Assembly (NCBI RefSeq): GCF_036321535.1
Contig: NC_087436.1
Coordinates: 16,430,001-16,494,000 of the forward strand
Direction of reading: 5' to 3'
Origin: Camelus dromedarius
Lineage: Eukaryota
Length of the DNA: 64,000 bases
Shown piece after piece: positions 12,486 to 24,730 of this stretch. The notes below the pieces were generated by a model. The model did no database searches. It was not told where the DNA came from and saw nothing but the letters and a program-made list of their open reading frames with translations. A program made the translations under genes and the position numbers. Each line of letters starts with the position of its first letter. Positions within the stretch are counted from its first letter, which is position 1.

Positions 12486-13288
12486 TGGAGGTGCAGGTGA
12501 ACCGGGTACAGTGAGGGAACCCAGGACACATTGGGGATGGCAAGAGGGTCGCAGAGGCCTTTGCCCTGGGAGTGTGGCTTCAAGCTTGTTCTGGCCATTT
12601 TACTCGTGGTTTTTCCTGACTTGGGCCAGCTTGGCTTGTTGCTGGTGGATCCAGCCGGTGTTCCAGGTTCTTGTCCCGTCCCAGAAAGAATTCAGAGACA
12701 AGACGTAGAGGTTAAAAAAGTAAAGTGAGAATTTATTAAAGGATGGATAGTACACTCAAGGGGAGAGCGGGCAGGCTCAGGTGAGCGGCTGCCCCAAGTT
12801 TCTTTGGCAAGTTGGTTACATAGAGTGTATGAATGAATGGGTGGAATATTCACTGGGGAGGGAAGGGTTTGGGGTCATATTCCCTGACTTCCAAACCACC
12901 TCCACCTTCCCTAGGGGAGGGATTTTGTCCTTATTTAGTCTGGATTGGAAGTCTCGTGGAGTCGGTGCATGATGGGTACTTCTAATCTGCAAGGCTAATT
13001 TTATTGAAATGAGGGCATAATGAGCAAAAGGTTACCCTTGGACACTGGAGATGCCTGCCTTTTCCCACCTTTCTTTGTTGGCCTCTGGGCCACTTACCAC
13101 GCCCAAAGGTGTGACCACTTACCAGCCCAGAGGTTCCTGCTTTTCTTTCTCTACCTAAGGACCCCTGGTGCCTGCATAACGTATGGTTTCCTGCATTTGG
13201 CCTGTGGTCCTCCTTTCTGCCCAATTTCTGCCATTTGGTGTGTGTCCCCCTTTCTCTGCTCGTATCTCGCTATCTGCCTGCGCTAACA
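12486..13288 (-). mobile_element. Endogenous retrovirus (ERV1-like) solo LTR, about 803 bp, antisense to LRBA
   Basis: TG...CA termini flanked by the 4-bp direct repeat gggt (12482-12485 and 13289-13292); AATAAA on the minus strand at 12732-12737; the left boundary was chosen from the TSD match. Confidence 0.65.
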
Positions 13289-15553
13289 GGGTGACATAAG
13301 TTCTCCTAGTTTCCCAGACCTGGTCTGATCACCCCTTTCTATCACGTAAATCCTGGGGTCAGGAGGTATAAAGGAACAGAAACCCTAAATGTCGATCCCA
13401 CTGGGTGCTTCCTTCACTCAGCAAGCGGCTTTCTTCTGCCTCCCTTTCTCTCCGTGGGTTTCTCCATCGCATCTTGACCGCTGCAGAGGCCTGCGCAGGG
13501 ACACTCACACGGCTTTCGCTTTTCCCTTCCTTCATTTAACCAAGTGCACATCAGAGGATTTTCCTTTCTTTTCTTCACAATAATAATGCTGATCATCTGT
13601 CACTCTGAGTTGTGATCAGAGTGTCAGCTACACTAATAAATCTGTAAAATAATTTGAAATCCCTTGCTGGCTTAAACCATTTCTGTGGCATTTCGGTTCG
13701 CACCCACAGCTCTGGGAAGCTCCTGGAGGCGGTCGGTCGCAGGAAGCCTTCTGCAGCCTGTTCCCACGCGCAGGCCTTTCCTCTCTGCCCTACGGCCATT
13801 GTTTTTTTCCAAGATTTCCCGCTGGATTTTAGGCTTAAACAATCCACCGCCTTTCCCCCAGCACTCCTGCACTTTATCATGCTAACTTGCAAGTGGCAAC
13901 TGTGTGATGAAAGCGAGCTGGCCTAAAACTAGCCCCGCCTGCCCATGGCCCCAGAGACGCCCTGTCACAGCTCACTGCCTGGGGACAGAGGGGAGGAAAC
14001 CGCAGGCTGCGAAGGAGGGACATCACGGAGCAGCACTCCCACCTCCGGCCTGCAGTCGGAGCCCCTGTAAGGATGGGAGACTGTGGAAACAAATTAGTCA
14101 CTAGCTCAGATCAGAAATTAAGTTTCTTTGAAATACCGAGAACCCTGCAGGCAGGCAGCCTGGGGAACCTCTGTGCTAATCAAGGCTGCCCACCTGTTTT
14201 TATTTAGATGCCAGATTGTTCGGTGGCATTTGGTTAACATATCATAGCACATCAACTAGGCAGTGTTTAGATGTCTTAATGAGTAGCTTAAATTTAAGTG
14301 GGCAGCCTGTTTAGAGCAGGAAAGGTCTGTTATCCCTAACAAGGGATAACCACCGTTTCGCCCGGAGGAGCTCATTTATTTTCTCTTCCTGAGGAAGCTG
14401 TGTTTGAAGATGTGATCGTCCCCAGCAGACAGCTGTGGCCTGTGGGTGCCTCCTGAGAACCAGTGCAGCCTCAGTGTTGTCCTGGCATCAGGATTTCTGA
14501 GGGTGAAGTAACATGTCCTCAGGGCCCTCTTACATCGCTAGTCTCAACCCTGCCTGATAACTAGAATTAAGAACTATGTGAATGCTGGTCTGGGTGATAG
14601 GGTGCTGTTCAGGAAATGCTACCCTGGCTCTTACGTCCAGGGAAATTTGACAAGTCCCTCATGAGAAAGGCCAACAAAATATTTTTTAGCCTCAGCAGGC
14701 ACCTGGTTTATTAAAATGTTTTAGATGCTGATAAATGTGTAGTCCTGAAAGTCCAGGTCTTATTTATTTCAACACAGAACTAGGATTAGAGATTCTTTAC
14801 TCTGGAACAAAGAATTAAAGATTAATGGTTTTAATTTATGTTTTAATATAGCACTTATCCAGTAAAAAGCCTCAAGTTATAAAACTCAAGTGAACCACAA
14901 CCATGAGGTTAATGGATTTTCATCAGCTGAATTTCATAAGTGTAGCAAATAATTATTTGTTGTAGTCTTCATTGCCTTTCCCAGATACCCCCTAGAGATG
15001 GCCATTTGTGAAATGAATGGGAGGAAAGGATATTGGTTTTTACTCATATTGAAAAATCTTCCTATTTGTATTTAGTTAAAATTTAGAGAATACTTCTTAC
15101 GTGTAACTATCTTCCACCCATGGGATTTTATTTGTTACATGTATTTTTGTGTCCTTGAGAATAAGCTATATTTAGGAGATCTCTAAAAGTTGGCATTTGC
15201 ATGAATGTGAATTGAATGGCTAAGAAATAGTCCTTAATTTTCTATGATTTAAAAAAATTGGGGGAGCAAAATGTAGATTAAAGACTTAAGGCAACTATAC
15301 TGAAACTCTGAGTGCAGAAGACTGTAAATATATTTTCCAGAAGGTAGGTAATTTCTTTCTGGCTCGCTCATACAATCTGGATTCCTGTGTTCACTGTGTC
15401 CTGGTGGACGTAAGACTACAGGTGTTTGCAGTGACTTGTAGAACTCCCGATGCCACCCAGGTAAGGAAAGGAAATGTGTGTCTCAGTAACCTGGGAAAAG
15501 GAGAGGAAGGGGTAAGACAATCAGCTTTTGGAATGGGGAGGGACCTTTTATAT

Positions 15554-15820
15554 CAGAGGAGTCGCCACACTTTTCTCTGTAGAGGGACAAATAGTAAATA
15601 TTTTCGGTTTTGCAGGCTCTATATTTTGTTGCAATTACATGTGAAAATAGCCAGAAATGAATGGGTGTGGCTATGTTCCAATAACCCTTATTTATGGACA
15701 CTGAAATTTGGAATTCATATTATTGCCACGTCATGAAATATTATTCTTTTGACTTTTTTTTCCAACAGTGGAAAAAATTTTAAAAGTTGTATGTAATAGG
15801 GGGTGGCCTGCTTTTGGGGC
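15554..15820. mobile_element. hAT-Charlie MER58-like DNA transposon relic
   Basis: acttttctctgtagagggacaaatagtaaatattttcggttttgcagg and gtgtggctatgttccaataa match the remembered MER58 consensus and the copy at 60.9 kb. Confidence 0.65.
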
Positions 15821-16459
15821 TGAAGAGCAAATTGCACGTCTGTGCTTTGTGACCAGCAAGAAGCGGTCGGTCCTGGGGCAAGAAGAAAATGCTTAACCCG
15901 GGCTTCAGCACCTGAAAGTCGTGGGCCTCTACCCAGCTGTCTTCCCAGCCACTGTAAAAATCCCGTGGGCCTAGGGAGGGCGCCCCAGCTGCAGGCGGTC
16001 TCCGGGGGGCCGGAGCCCAGGGGCAGCAGGGTATTCTTGGGGATATGAGGTCATCTAGCGCTATCTGCTTGGCCTCGGCACAAAATGGGCTTAGCACGTC
16101 TGCGTTCCAACCAGAGAGATGCCTGGAAGCTCCTCACAACAGAGAGCTGGTCCCCATCCACGGCACACACCGTAGAACAGGAAGAGTGTGCCACCTCTTC
16201 CTTAAAAAGCAAAAATTTTATCAGCAAAAATTAAAGAAAACAAAAAACAAAACCTCTAACATTGCCTGACTTTGCCCATTTGATTTTGGAACAATGGCAA
16301 AAGTCTTCTATGACTCATGATTTCCTAAAGCCTCAGGAATACAAGCTCTCTCCCTTCTCTGTGCGCTGCAGTAGCTGCATTGTGGGGAATTCATCAGAAA
16401 TGGGGTGGGGGGCGGTTTTCCTCGAGCCACATCTCTCCTGAATGTTGCCTGTCTCCTAG

Positions 16460-16611
16460 GCCATCCAGCTGAGCCGGGACGGGCAGTACCTGCTCACGGG
16501 AGGAGACAACGGTGTGGTCGTGGTCTGGCAGGTGTCTGACCTCAAGCAGCTCTTTGCCTATCCAGGCTGCGATGCCGGGATCCGGGCCATGGCCCTGTCC
16601 TATGACCAGAG
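16460..16611 (+). CDS. LRBA: LRBA penultimate exon (AIQLSRDGQYLLTGGDNGVVVVWQVSDLKQLFAYPGCDAGIRAMALSYDQR)
   Basis: Acceptor gcctgtctcctag|, donor AG|gtaaca, 152 nt, phase 0-2; WD40 repeat; translated by hand because it is absent from the ORF track. Confidence 0.96.
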
Positions 16612-17029
16612 GTAACACTGGAATCAGGGTCTACTACTGGCGGCTTTAAAACCTGTGGACAGAATTTACTTAAATGGGCTGGGGTGTGAGGGTCACCTGT
16701 GCAATCAAAAAAGCCATTGAATATTGGGGTTTTCCAAGAGACTTTTTTTAAAGCGTGATTTTCCTTCTGATGGCATTGCCAATCTTGGACAAAGGCTGAG
16801 TTCTCTAGGAATAGACAGGATTTAAGTAACGAAGGCTCCAATTATATTGCTGTAAAGCTTTTTGTATTTCTTTAAAGTACCTTTATCTTCTGGTATAAAG
16901 TTTAATGTGAAATGTCTGTATGTCTGTGATGATGCCATTGAGAAACCTGGCTTATTTCTGAAAACCTACATTTTGGGGAGATAACCTTTATCTGGTATCT
17001 CTATTTGGCATTTCCAGAACTTTTTCATC

Positions 17030-19920
17030 ATTCCATCTCATAGTACCCTTTGACGTGCAAAGCTTTTAATTTTGATGAAGTCTGACTTATCTAATTTTTT
17101 CTGCTGTTGCCTGTGCTTTCAGTGTCATATCCAAGAAATCACTGCAAAATCCAGTGTCATGAAGCTTTTCCTCTATGTTTTCTCCTGAGAGTCAAATAAC
17201 TCATATTTAGTTTTGATCCTTTTTGAATTAATGTTTGTATATGATGGTAGGTAAGTCTCTAACCTCATTCTTTTGCATGTGGGTATCAGTGTTTCCAGCA
17301 CTACTTGTTGAAAAGACTGTCCCTGTATGTGGGAGCTTGTTCTGGGCTCTCTGTTCTATTCCGTTGGTCCATATGTCTGACGTGAGGCCAGAGCCACATT
17401 GTTTCGATTATTGTAGCTTTCTAGTAAGTTTTGAAATCGGGAAGTATGGGATATCCAATTTTGTTGTTCTTTTTTGAGATTGTTTTGGCTCTTTGGGGTC
17501 CTTAGAGATTCCATGTGAATTTTAAGATAGGTTTTTCTGTTTTTGCAAAAAAACATTGGGATTTTCATAGGAGTTAGTTTGACTCTGTAGATTTCTTTGG
17601 CTAGTATTGTCATTTTAACAATATTAAGTCTTCCAATCCATATACGTGTGATGTGTTTAAACACTTACTTATGTCTTTAATTTCTTTCACCAATAGTTTC
17701 TGATTTTTAATATACAAGTCTTTTGCCTCTTTGGTTAAATTTATTCCTGCGTATTTTATTCTTTTTATTGCTATGATGGAATTGTTCTCTTAATTTCCTT
17801 TTCAGATTGTACATTGCATTGTATAAAAACACAACTTATTTTTGTGTGTTGATTTTGTATCCTGTGACTTTGCTGAATTCATAAGCTCTAACAGGTTTTT
17901 TTTTGGGGGGGGTGGAATCTTTAAGGTTTCCTACATAAAGATCGTTATCATTTGTAATAGAGACAGCTTTACTTCTTCCTTTCCAATTTAGATGCCTCTT
18001 CTTTCTTTTTCTTGCCTAACTACTCTGGCGAGGACTTTTTGTACTATATTGAATGGAAGTGGTTAAAGCAGGATCCTTGTCTTGTTCCAGGTCCCAGTCA
18101 GGGGAAAAGCTTTCAGTATTCACCACTGAATATGGTGTTAGCTGTGAATTTTTCATAAATGCCTTTTATCATGTTGAGATATTTTCCTTCTACTCTTAGT
18201 TTGAGTGTTTTTATCATGAAAAGATGTTGAATTTTGTCAAATGCCTTTTGTTCATGTGGGGTTTTTTGGTTGTTAATTCTCTTGGTATGATATATATACT
18301 ACATCAATTTGTTTTTGTATGTTGAACCATCCTTTTGTTCCCAGAATAAATCCCACTTGGTCATGGTGTATGATCCTCCTAATGTACCACTGAATTTGGT
18401 TTGCTAGTATTTGTTGAAGATTTTTATCTCACTGTTCATAAGAAATATTGATCTGTAATTTTTTGTAGTGTCTTTGACTTTGATGTTAGGGTATGTTGGC
18501 CTCATTAAATGACTCAGGAACTGTTCTCTTCAGTTTTTTAGAAGTGTTTGAGTTGGTGTTAACCCTTCAAGTGACTGGTAGAATTCACCAGTGAAGCTCT
18601 GGTCCAGGGCTTTTTTTTTTTTGTTGGGAGGTTTTTGATTACTGGCTCAATCTCATCACTAGTTATGAGTCTATTCAGATTTTCTATTTCTCCATGATTA
18701 AATTTTGGAATATGTGTTTCTAAGAATTTTTCCATTTCATCTAGGTTTTCCAATTTATTGGCATATAAATTTCCTAGTATTACCTTATTATCTTTTATTT
18801 ATATAAAACTGGTGGTGATAATGTCTCCACTTTATGATTTTAGTAATTTGAGTCTTTTTCTTAGTCTAAAATTTTCTTGACCTTTCAACAAACCAACTTT
18901 TGATTTTGTTGATTTTCTCTATTTTTCCAGCTTCTATTTCCATTCTAATCTTTATTATTTCATTCCTTCTGTTATGCTTGGGTTTAGTTCATACTTTTTT
19001 CTAGTTCTTTAAGGTGCAGAATTGGGTGAGTTTTTTTTTCTTTTAATAAATGTGTTTATAGCTATAAATTTCCCAGTTTTTGCTGCATCTTGGAAGTTTT
19101 GGCTTGTCTGTTTTCCTTTGAGTCAATATTTTGTAATTTCCTTTGAGATTTCTTTTTTGACCCATTGGTTAATCTCCACAAACTTACGCATTTTCCAGTT
19201 TTCCATTATGATGTCTAGTTTAATTCTATTGCGACTAGAAGAAATACTTTATCTAGGAGAATAGTCCATGTGAATTTGAGAAAAAAAATCTGTTTATTCG
19301 GCTGTTGTTGGGTGAGTGTTCATCTGTGTGTCAGGTCCAGTTGGTTTTTAGTACTGGCTCAGCTCCTGTTTCCTACTCTCCTTTCTGGTGGTTCTGCCCA
19401 TTAATGAAAGTGGGGCATGCAAGTCAGCAGCTGTTACTGTAGGGCTGTTTGTTCTTCCCTTCAGGTCTGTCAGTGCTGGTTCCATGTATCTTGGGGCCGC
19501 TGCTGTTTGGTCATGTGTTAGTAATTAATTGCTGTATCGTCTTGACGAATTGCCCCTTTTATCACTGTATAGTGTCCTTATTTGTCTCCTGTCATATATT
19601 TTGACTTAAAGCCCATTTTGTCTAGTATTTGGGTAGCCACCCCAGCTCTCTTCATTATTTGTGTGGAATATCCCCTTCCATCCTTTCATGTTTAACCTGT
19701 TTTTGTCTTTCGATCTTTGAGTAGACGGTAGACGGCATATAGTCTGATCACGTTTATTCATTTTGCCAGTCTCTCTGCCTTTTGATCAGAGTTTAATCCC
19801 TTTAAATTACTGATAAGCAATTTGCTTTGCTTTCTACATGCCTTAGAACTTTCTCATTTCATTACTGCATTCTTTTGTGTTTAGTTGATTTTTTTGTAGT
19901 GACATATTTTCATTCCTAAT
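17030..19920 (-). mobile_element. Degenerate LINE-1 ORF2 fragment (about 2.9 kb) in the last LRBA intron, antisense
   Basis: Minus-strand ORF remnants are L1 ORF2-like (WIGRLNIVKMTIL; ENLDEMEKFLE...EIENLNRLITSDEIEPVIKNLPTKK), with many frameshifts; boundaries approximate. Confidence 0.9.
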
Positions 19921-20643
19921 TTTGATAATCAGGTACTACTAAGGATGCTAAAGATGGCATCTAAGGACTGTCCTAAGCAAGCCATACAGCGAAAGGATTC
20001 AGATTATAGGCTTCTGCCCCCAGGAGAGGCTCCTCTAAAGTTCCTGTCTTACTGCTCCATCTGTCTCCCTGCACTGCCTGCTCAGGGACAGGGGAAGCAA
20101 GCAGCGGCTCTCATCTATAATGATGATTTCAGTGAGTCACTGTGTTATGAGGCTAAAGCTCCTACTCTTCACATGATGGACAGAGCACATTCTTCTGTGG
20201 AGCAGAGCCCAGCCTAAATTATGGCCCACCCTCTGCTTTCTTACTCTTCTGATATCAGAGAGATTCTGTCACTTGATCATGTGCCGCTTTCTCCACCAAC
20301 AGGTAGATTGTGATACCAGATTCAGATCTGGACTCAGCAGCCAACCCCCCCCCCCCCAGCAGTTAAGTAGCCTGTTCAGGTGTTAGTGACCCATCCTGAA
20401 CATACTGGCTGTACCGGCAGTATAAAGGCAAGCTGTGAGCTGGATCGTTGTGCTGTGTCAGAGGAGCGACTCTAAGCTTACTCAAGACTGCATTTTAGTC
20501 GTCGAAAAACATACCTTGGTTCTCACAGATTGTAGTGTTGGCTGCCATCTTCTGTATTCACCTTGTGGATTTGGGAGGGCAGTTCTTTCTTTAGTCCCTA
20601 GGAAATGAACAGGCTGCAAACCACTCCTTCTCTGTGTCCCCAG

Positions 20644-20734
20644 GTGCATCATTTCTGGCATGGCCTCGGGAAGCATCGTCCTGTTCTACAACGACTTTAA
20701 CCGGTGGCACCACGAGTACCAAACCCGCTACTGA
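20644..20734 (+). CDS. LRBA: LRBA terminal coding exon ([29 protein letters not shown])
   Basis: Acceptor ccttctctgtgtccccag|, phase 2 completes Arg, TGA at 20732-20734; recognisable LRBA/neurobeachin-family C-terminus. Confidence 0.97.
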
Positions 20735-21755
20735 GGGAGGCGGCTGCACATCAGCCTCGCCCAGCCCGGGCAGGGGGAGTACCCTGAGCCTCAAACAGCT
20801 ATCACACCTGAATGTAACTTAAATTTGCTCTAAGAAGCAAAATATTTTTTAAAGTTAATTGCTATTTTTGTAGACTTTGCTTGACTTTTTTGGGGGGGAT
20901 GGCAAAGCAGAAAACTGGCTGCTGGGTTCTGTAGTTTTAAAAAAATCTATATTTTTAGTCATAACAAGAAGTCTATTTTCACCAATTATGGAAATATACA
21001 GTGGGGCAAGTAAACCCACTTATTTTAGTTATATTATGGAAAAAAACACTTCCCATTTACCTGTACTCTCGAGAAATGTATGATCTTAACAGTAGGGACC
21101 TGGGTTATGATACTGGGATGAGGGAATGTTATGCTGTACTTTGGCTCCTGTATTTTTCCAGACAACTGTGCTTCTGCAGCAGTGAAATTTCTGGGATTTA
21201 AATAGTAATGTTTAAATTATGGTAAATGTAATTTAAAACATCTCAAATTATTTCTGTCAATATTATTCTTCAAGCATGTCTTAGACCTAGAACATTACGG
21301 TTTGGGGGAGGCTATTTTATTTTATTGCGTGAGTAACATAAAGGATCTACTGTTGTAGCAAGTGTGAAATATTTACAGTGTTTTCCTCATCTGTCCTCTT
21401 CTTAGCACACCAAAATGTGAAATGATGGAAATGCTCTGAGGCTCACAACCTCTGTTTTTTCTTTCTTTTAAAGTAAATGTAAGTACCAAAGCTCCCCCCG
21501 AGGGCCGGCAGTGCCCGCGCCCTTGCTGGGGCTCCCCCCGCCCCGGGTCCCAGAACCGAGGCTCCCGTGTGCTGTGTTGAGCAACACTTGTTTTACAATC
21601 TTCACACTTCCTTTTGATTAGCAATTTGTACTAAGAAAATGTTATTTTGGTGTTGTATAATTCTACTTTTCTAGTAGATTGCTGTGTGGAATTCTGTGAA
21701 AAATATTTGAGAAAAGGTCTGTATTGCATTAATAAATTCTTTGTAAGTTGTGAAC
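20735..21755 (+). other. LRBA: LRBA 3' UTR (about 1 kb, AU-rich; 3' end approximate)
   Basis: Runs from the stop codon to about 20 nt past AATAAA at 21731. Confidence 0.7.
21731..21736 (+). terminator. LRBA polyadenylation signal AATAAA
   Basis: gcattAATAAAttc, with a TGTA motif just upstream and T/GT-rich sequence downstream. Confidence 0.75.
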
Positions 21756-24414
21756 TCTTAGATGAAACTGATATTCCATCTCTGTTTCTCTTGCAACTTA
21801 TGTAAAGGGGTCCCCCCCCCTTTTTTTCTACACATTCAGCTTTTCTCTAAAAGCAGAGATTTGGAATGGAACAACTCAGTTTGACAGAAAAGTTAAGTAA
21901 AACAGTATTTGTAATTGACTTGTTGGAAATATCTTTTTCACTCCTGATTTTGAAGCAATCATAAAACAGTTGTTTGCGAAGATGATGTCAAACCCTAGTT
22001 CAGTCATAGTTTTTGAACAACCACCAATGAGACTCTCTTGAAGGAAGACTGGCCAGCTAGCTCCCTCTTACTGAGACTCACAGCAATCAGCACACTAGAC
22101 CCGTGTCTAACAAATGACCAAACAAGGGACTGTGTACACTGTCCCGTCTAAGATCCACCAGTGTTTTATAGACCATTAACCAGGAAAACAGATGGTAAAT
22201 GTGGGGGAGGGAGAAGACGTCTTAGACTCAAAGACGTACCCAAGTGACTGGCAGACGAGCACCCCACTGCTGTCAGCCTGCGGCATCAGACTTCAGGGTA
22301 AATGGTAGAAGAAAACTAGCTAGGGACACCTAAGTCCTGGGCCAGGCACGTGACACTTCAGCTACCCACTTTAATAAGCCTAAAGCAAAGTTAGTGAAGC
22401 ACTTCCCTCTTGGAGCCTAAGAAGAAAATTGGTGCCTCCACTGCCTTGTTTTAAAATGTACGACTATGAGAACGCAACTAAAACACAAAGTCACGCTTTA
22501 CAGCTGGGCTTCCCCCAACCGCGGAGCTGGGACCCTCGGACACTCGTGAAACAGACGGCTGACGTCCGCACGAGGGCTTAGTGACAGAACTGCTGGTGCG
22601 GTGTATGTTAAGGTTTACTCAAAAACAAGTATTTCAAATACATGTAGACCAATTAGGAAAAAGAGGTCAAAACTGAGGTGGTTTGGAACCAAACGAGATT
22701 ATTTGCAGCAGGCGGGGAAACAGGGTGGCCCCTCAGCTGGCGGCAGTGCGGTGTGTTAAAAGGCATCGCCTCAAGAAAGTAAGATTTTCCTCACTGATAG
22801 CGTTGATTCTTCCTGAAATATCACCAATCAAGCCCTTGAGGCTCTGCGGTTTAAGAAATACCGCTAGATCACTGGGAGGAAGCACAGGGCTTAGAGCACA
22901 CAGTGTTAGAGCAGGCGGGTAGCTAGAGATGAGCAGAGAAGAGGGGGACGCGGGCAAATGGCAGAAAACCATTATTTTCCTGTCTCACGTTTAGGGATCT
23001 ATTTCCTTGCCAGAACCAAGATTCTGGGGGAGCCGGGCAGAGGCAGCTGGCTGCACTGTAGCTGCAGGCTTGGATCAGCTGGAGACGTTTCCCAGACTGG
23101 ACCTCAGCATCAGCGCAGACAGAGCCCCCCTTCCCCCCGCTGAAATCTTCCTGACCGCCCGGAGGCCCTCGGGGCCACCTCTGCCCCCGCTGAAAGAGGC
23201 TTCTGCTGGGAAGGGGCCTGGCAGGACCAGGTGACTGTCTCTGTACCCTCAGCCATTTGATGATAGCAACACATCCTGACATCGAACTGCCTTTGAGTTC
23301 AAGGCTGCGGGTTTAATCGTAAAATAGCCCCTTAAAATCCACTGGTCAGAACTAACCGAAGTCGCACCCATCAGCCTCCCTCGGGACAAACTACTGTCTT
23401 TCTTCATCTAACAGAACTCACGCTCCTGCCCTGATAACTTCTTAGCTGCCGCGATTTCCTACCCTTTGTCAGGCATCTCCCCCACCCAGCCCACCTCCAC
23501 CTCCTGACAGACGCTCCCACTGACGCTTCTCTGATCACCTGGAGGGGCAGGCCAGTTCTCGGGACACCTGCCCTCAGGGCCCGGAGAGGCAAGTCCCTGC
23601 TCCAGCAGCTCTCAACCCATCGAGTTTCCTCACTTGTTGAGCAGGGATATTAGCATCTCTGTCTCAGGGCCGTGGCATAGCTGAAACAAGACAGGATGAG
23701 GTACTCCGTAAACTGCAAACTCTTGTGATTATTTCTCATCTAGGTGTCGCCAAAAACTAGATGATCACTCCTCTAGAAAGCAGCTAATTCTGTCACTGGA
23801 CCACACTTCCTCCGACTCTGCACTCACACCTGACCCCTCGTGCCTCCGACCCACGGACCTCAGGCCACCATCCAGAGCCACCAGAGTAAACCACCACCTG
23901 CTGCCGCAGAGCGGTTCCTTCCCTAGCCGCACATCCAGCCGAGGGCGCTCTGATTTCTCCTTTCCCACCAGTCCTCAGCTGCCTGGGCTCTAAGCCCCTC
24001 ACCATTCTTGCCTCCTCCTGGGTGATGGTTACTTTACCTGCACCACAGCCCCGACACCCCAGAGTAGAAGCATATCTAGGCAGGCTCAGCTAACCATCTG
24101 CACAGATGGCTCGGGACACAGTTTCAAGTCACGCTAATGGGCAAGCAGTTCCATTGGCGCCTAAGGAAATGGTGCTTATTGAAATTCTGCCCTCCAGATC
24201 TTTCCTGGGAAGCAGTGAGTTCCAAACCTTGGTCACTGTTACAGGATACAATCTCAGGACGTCACACTTTGATTTCAACCTCAGGTTTGATCCGTGTCTG
24301 ACCTGGTGAGATCATCTTAAGGCAGTCCATCCCATTTAAAGCAATGGACATAAGCATCATAAGCAAAAGCAAAACGAGGATGAGAAGACTAAGGGCCGCG
24401 GCCTTTCCTTAGCA

Positions 24415-24730
24415 CCGCACTGTCCAGTATGGCAGGCAGAGCCACACGTGCCTGTCAAACGCCTGACATGTGCCTGGTCAACCTGAGATGTGCCACACGT
24501 CAACACACAGGAGCTCAAAGACTTAGTACAAAGGATGTAAAATTTCCCAATGCTTTTTTACACTGATTACATATTGAAATCATACTTTGGATATATTTAG
24601 ATATACTGGGTTAGAGAAACTATAAAATTAATTTTACCTGTATTTTGCATTTTTTAATGTGGTACCAGAAAAATGTTAAATCACGTGGCTTACATTGCAT
24701 TTCCATGGGATGGCCCCGCTGCTCTAGAGG
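24415..24730. mobile_element. hAT-Charlie MER3/MER33-like relic
   Basis: gcactgtccagtatgg..agccacacgtg start and aatgtggtaccagaaaaatgttaaatcacgtggcttacattgcatttc..tgga end. Confidence 0.55.

Noticed and set aside
14329..14350. Resemblance to an I-SceI site (AGGGATAAC)
   Set aside because: Only half of the 18-bp site matches, and there is no sign of engineered sequence.
17030..19920. Reverse-transcriptase-related coding fragments as a possible novel retro-system
   Set aside because: Ordinary decayed LINE-1 ORF2 with many stops and frameshifts.
8428..20734. Assignment to NBEA rather than LRBA (and to DCLK1 rather than DCLK2 for the minus-strand gene)
   Set aside because: The C-terminus HHEYQTRY, and the kinase sequence YPDGTKSLK with tail NTALDKEGQIF...WRRHRD, fit LRBA and DCLK2 as I recall them, not their paralogs.
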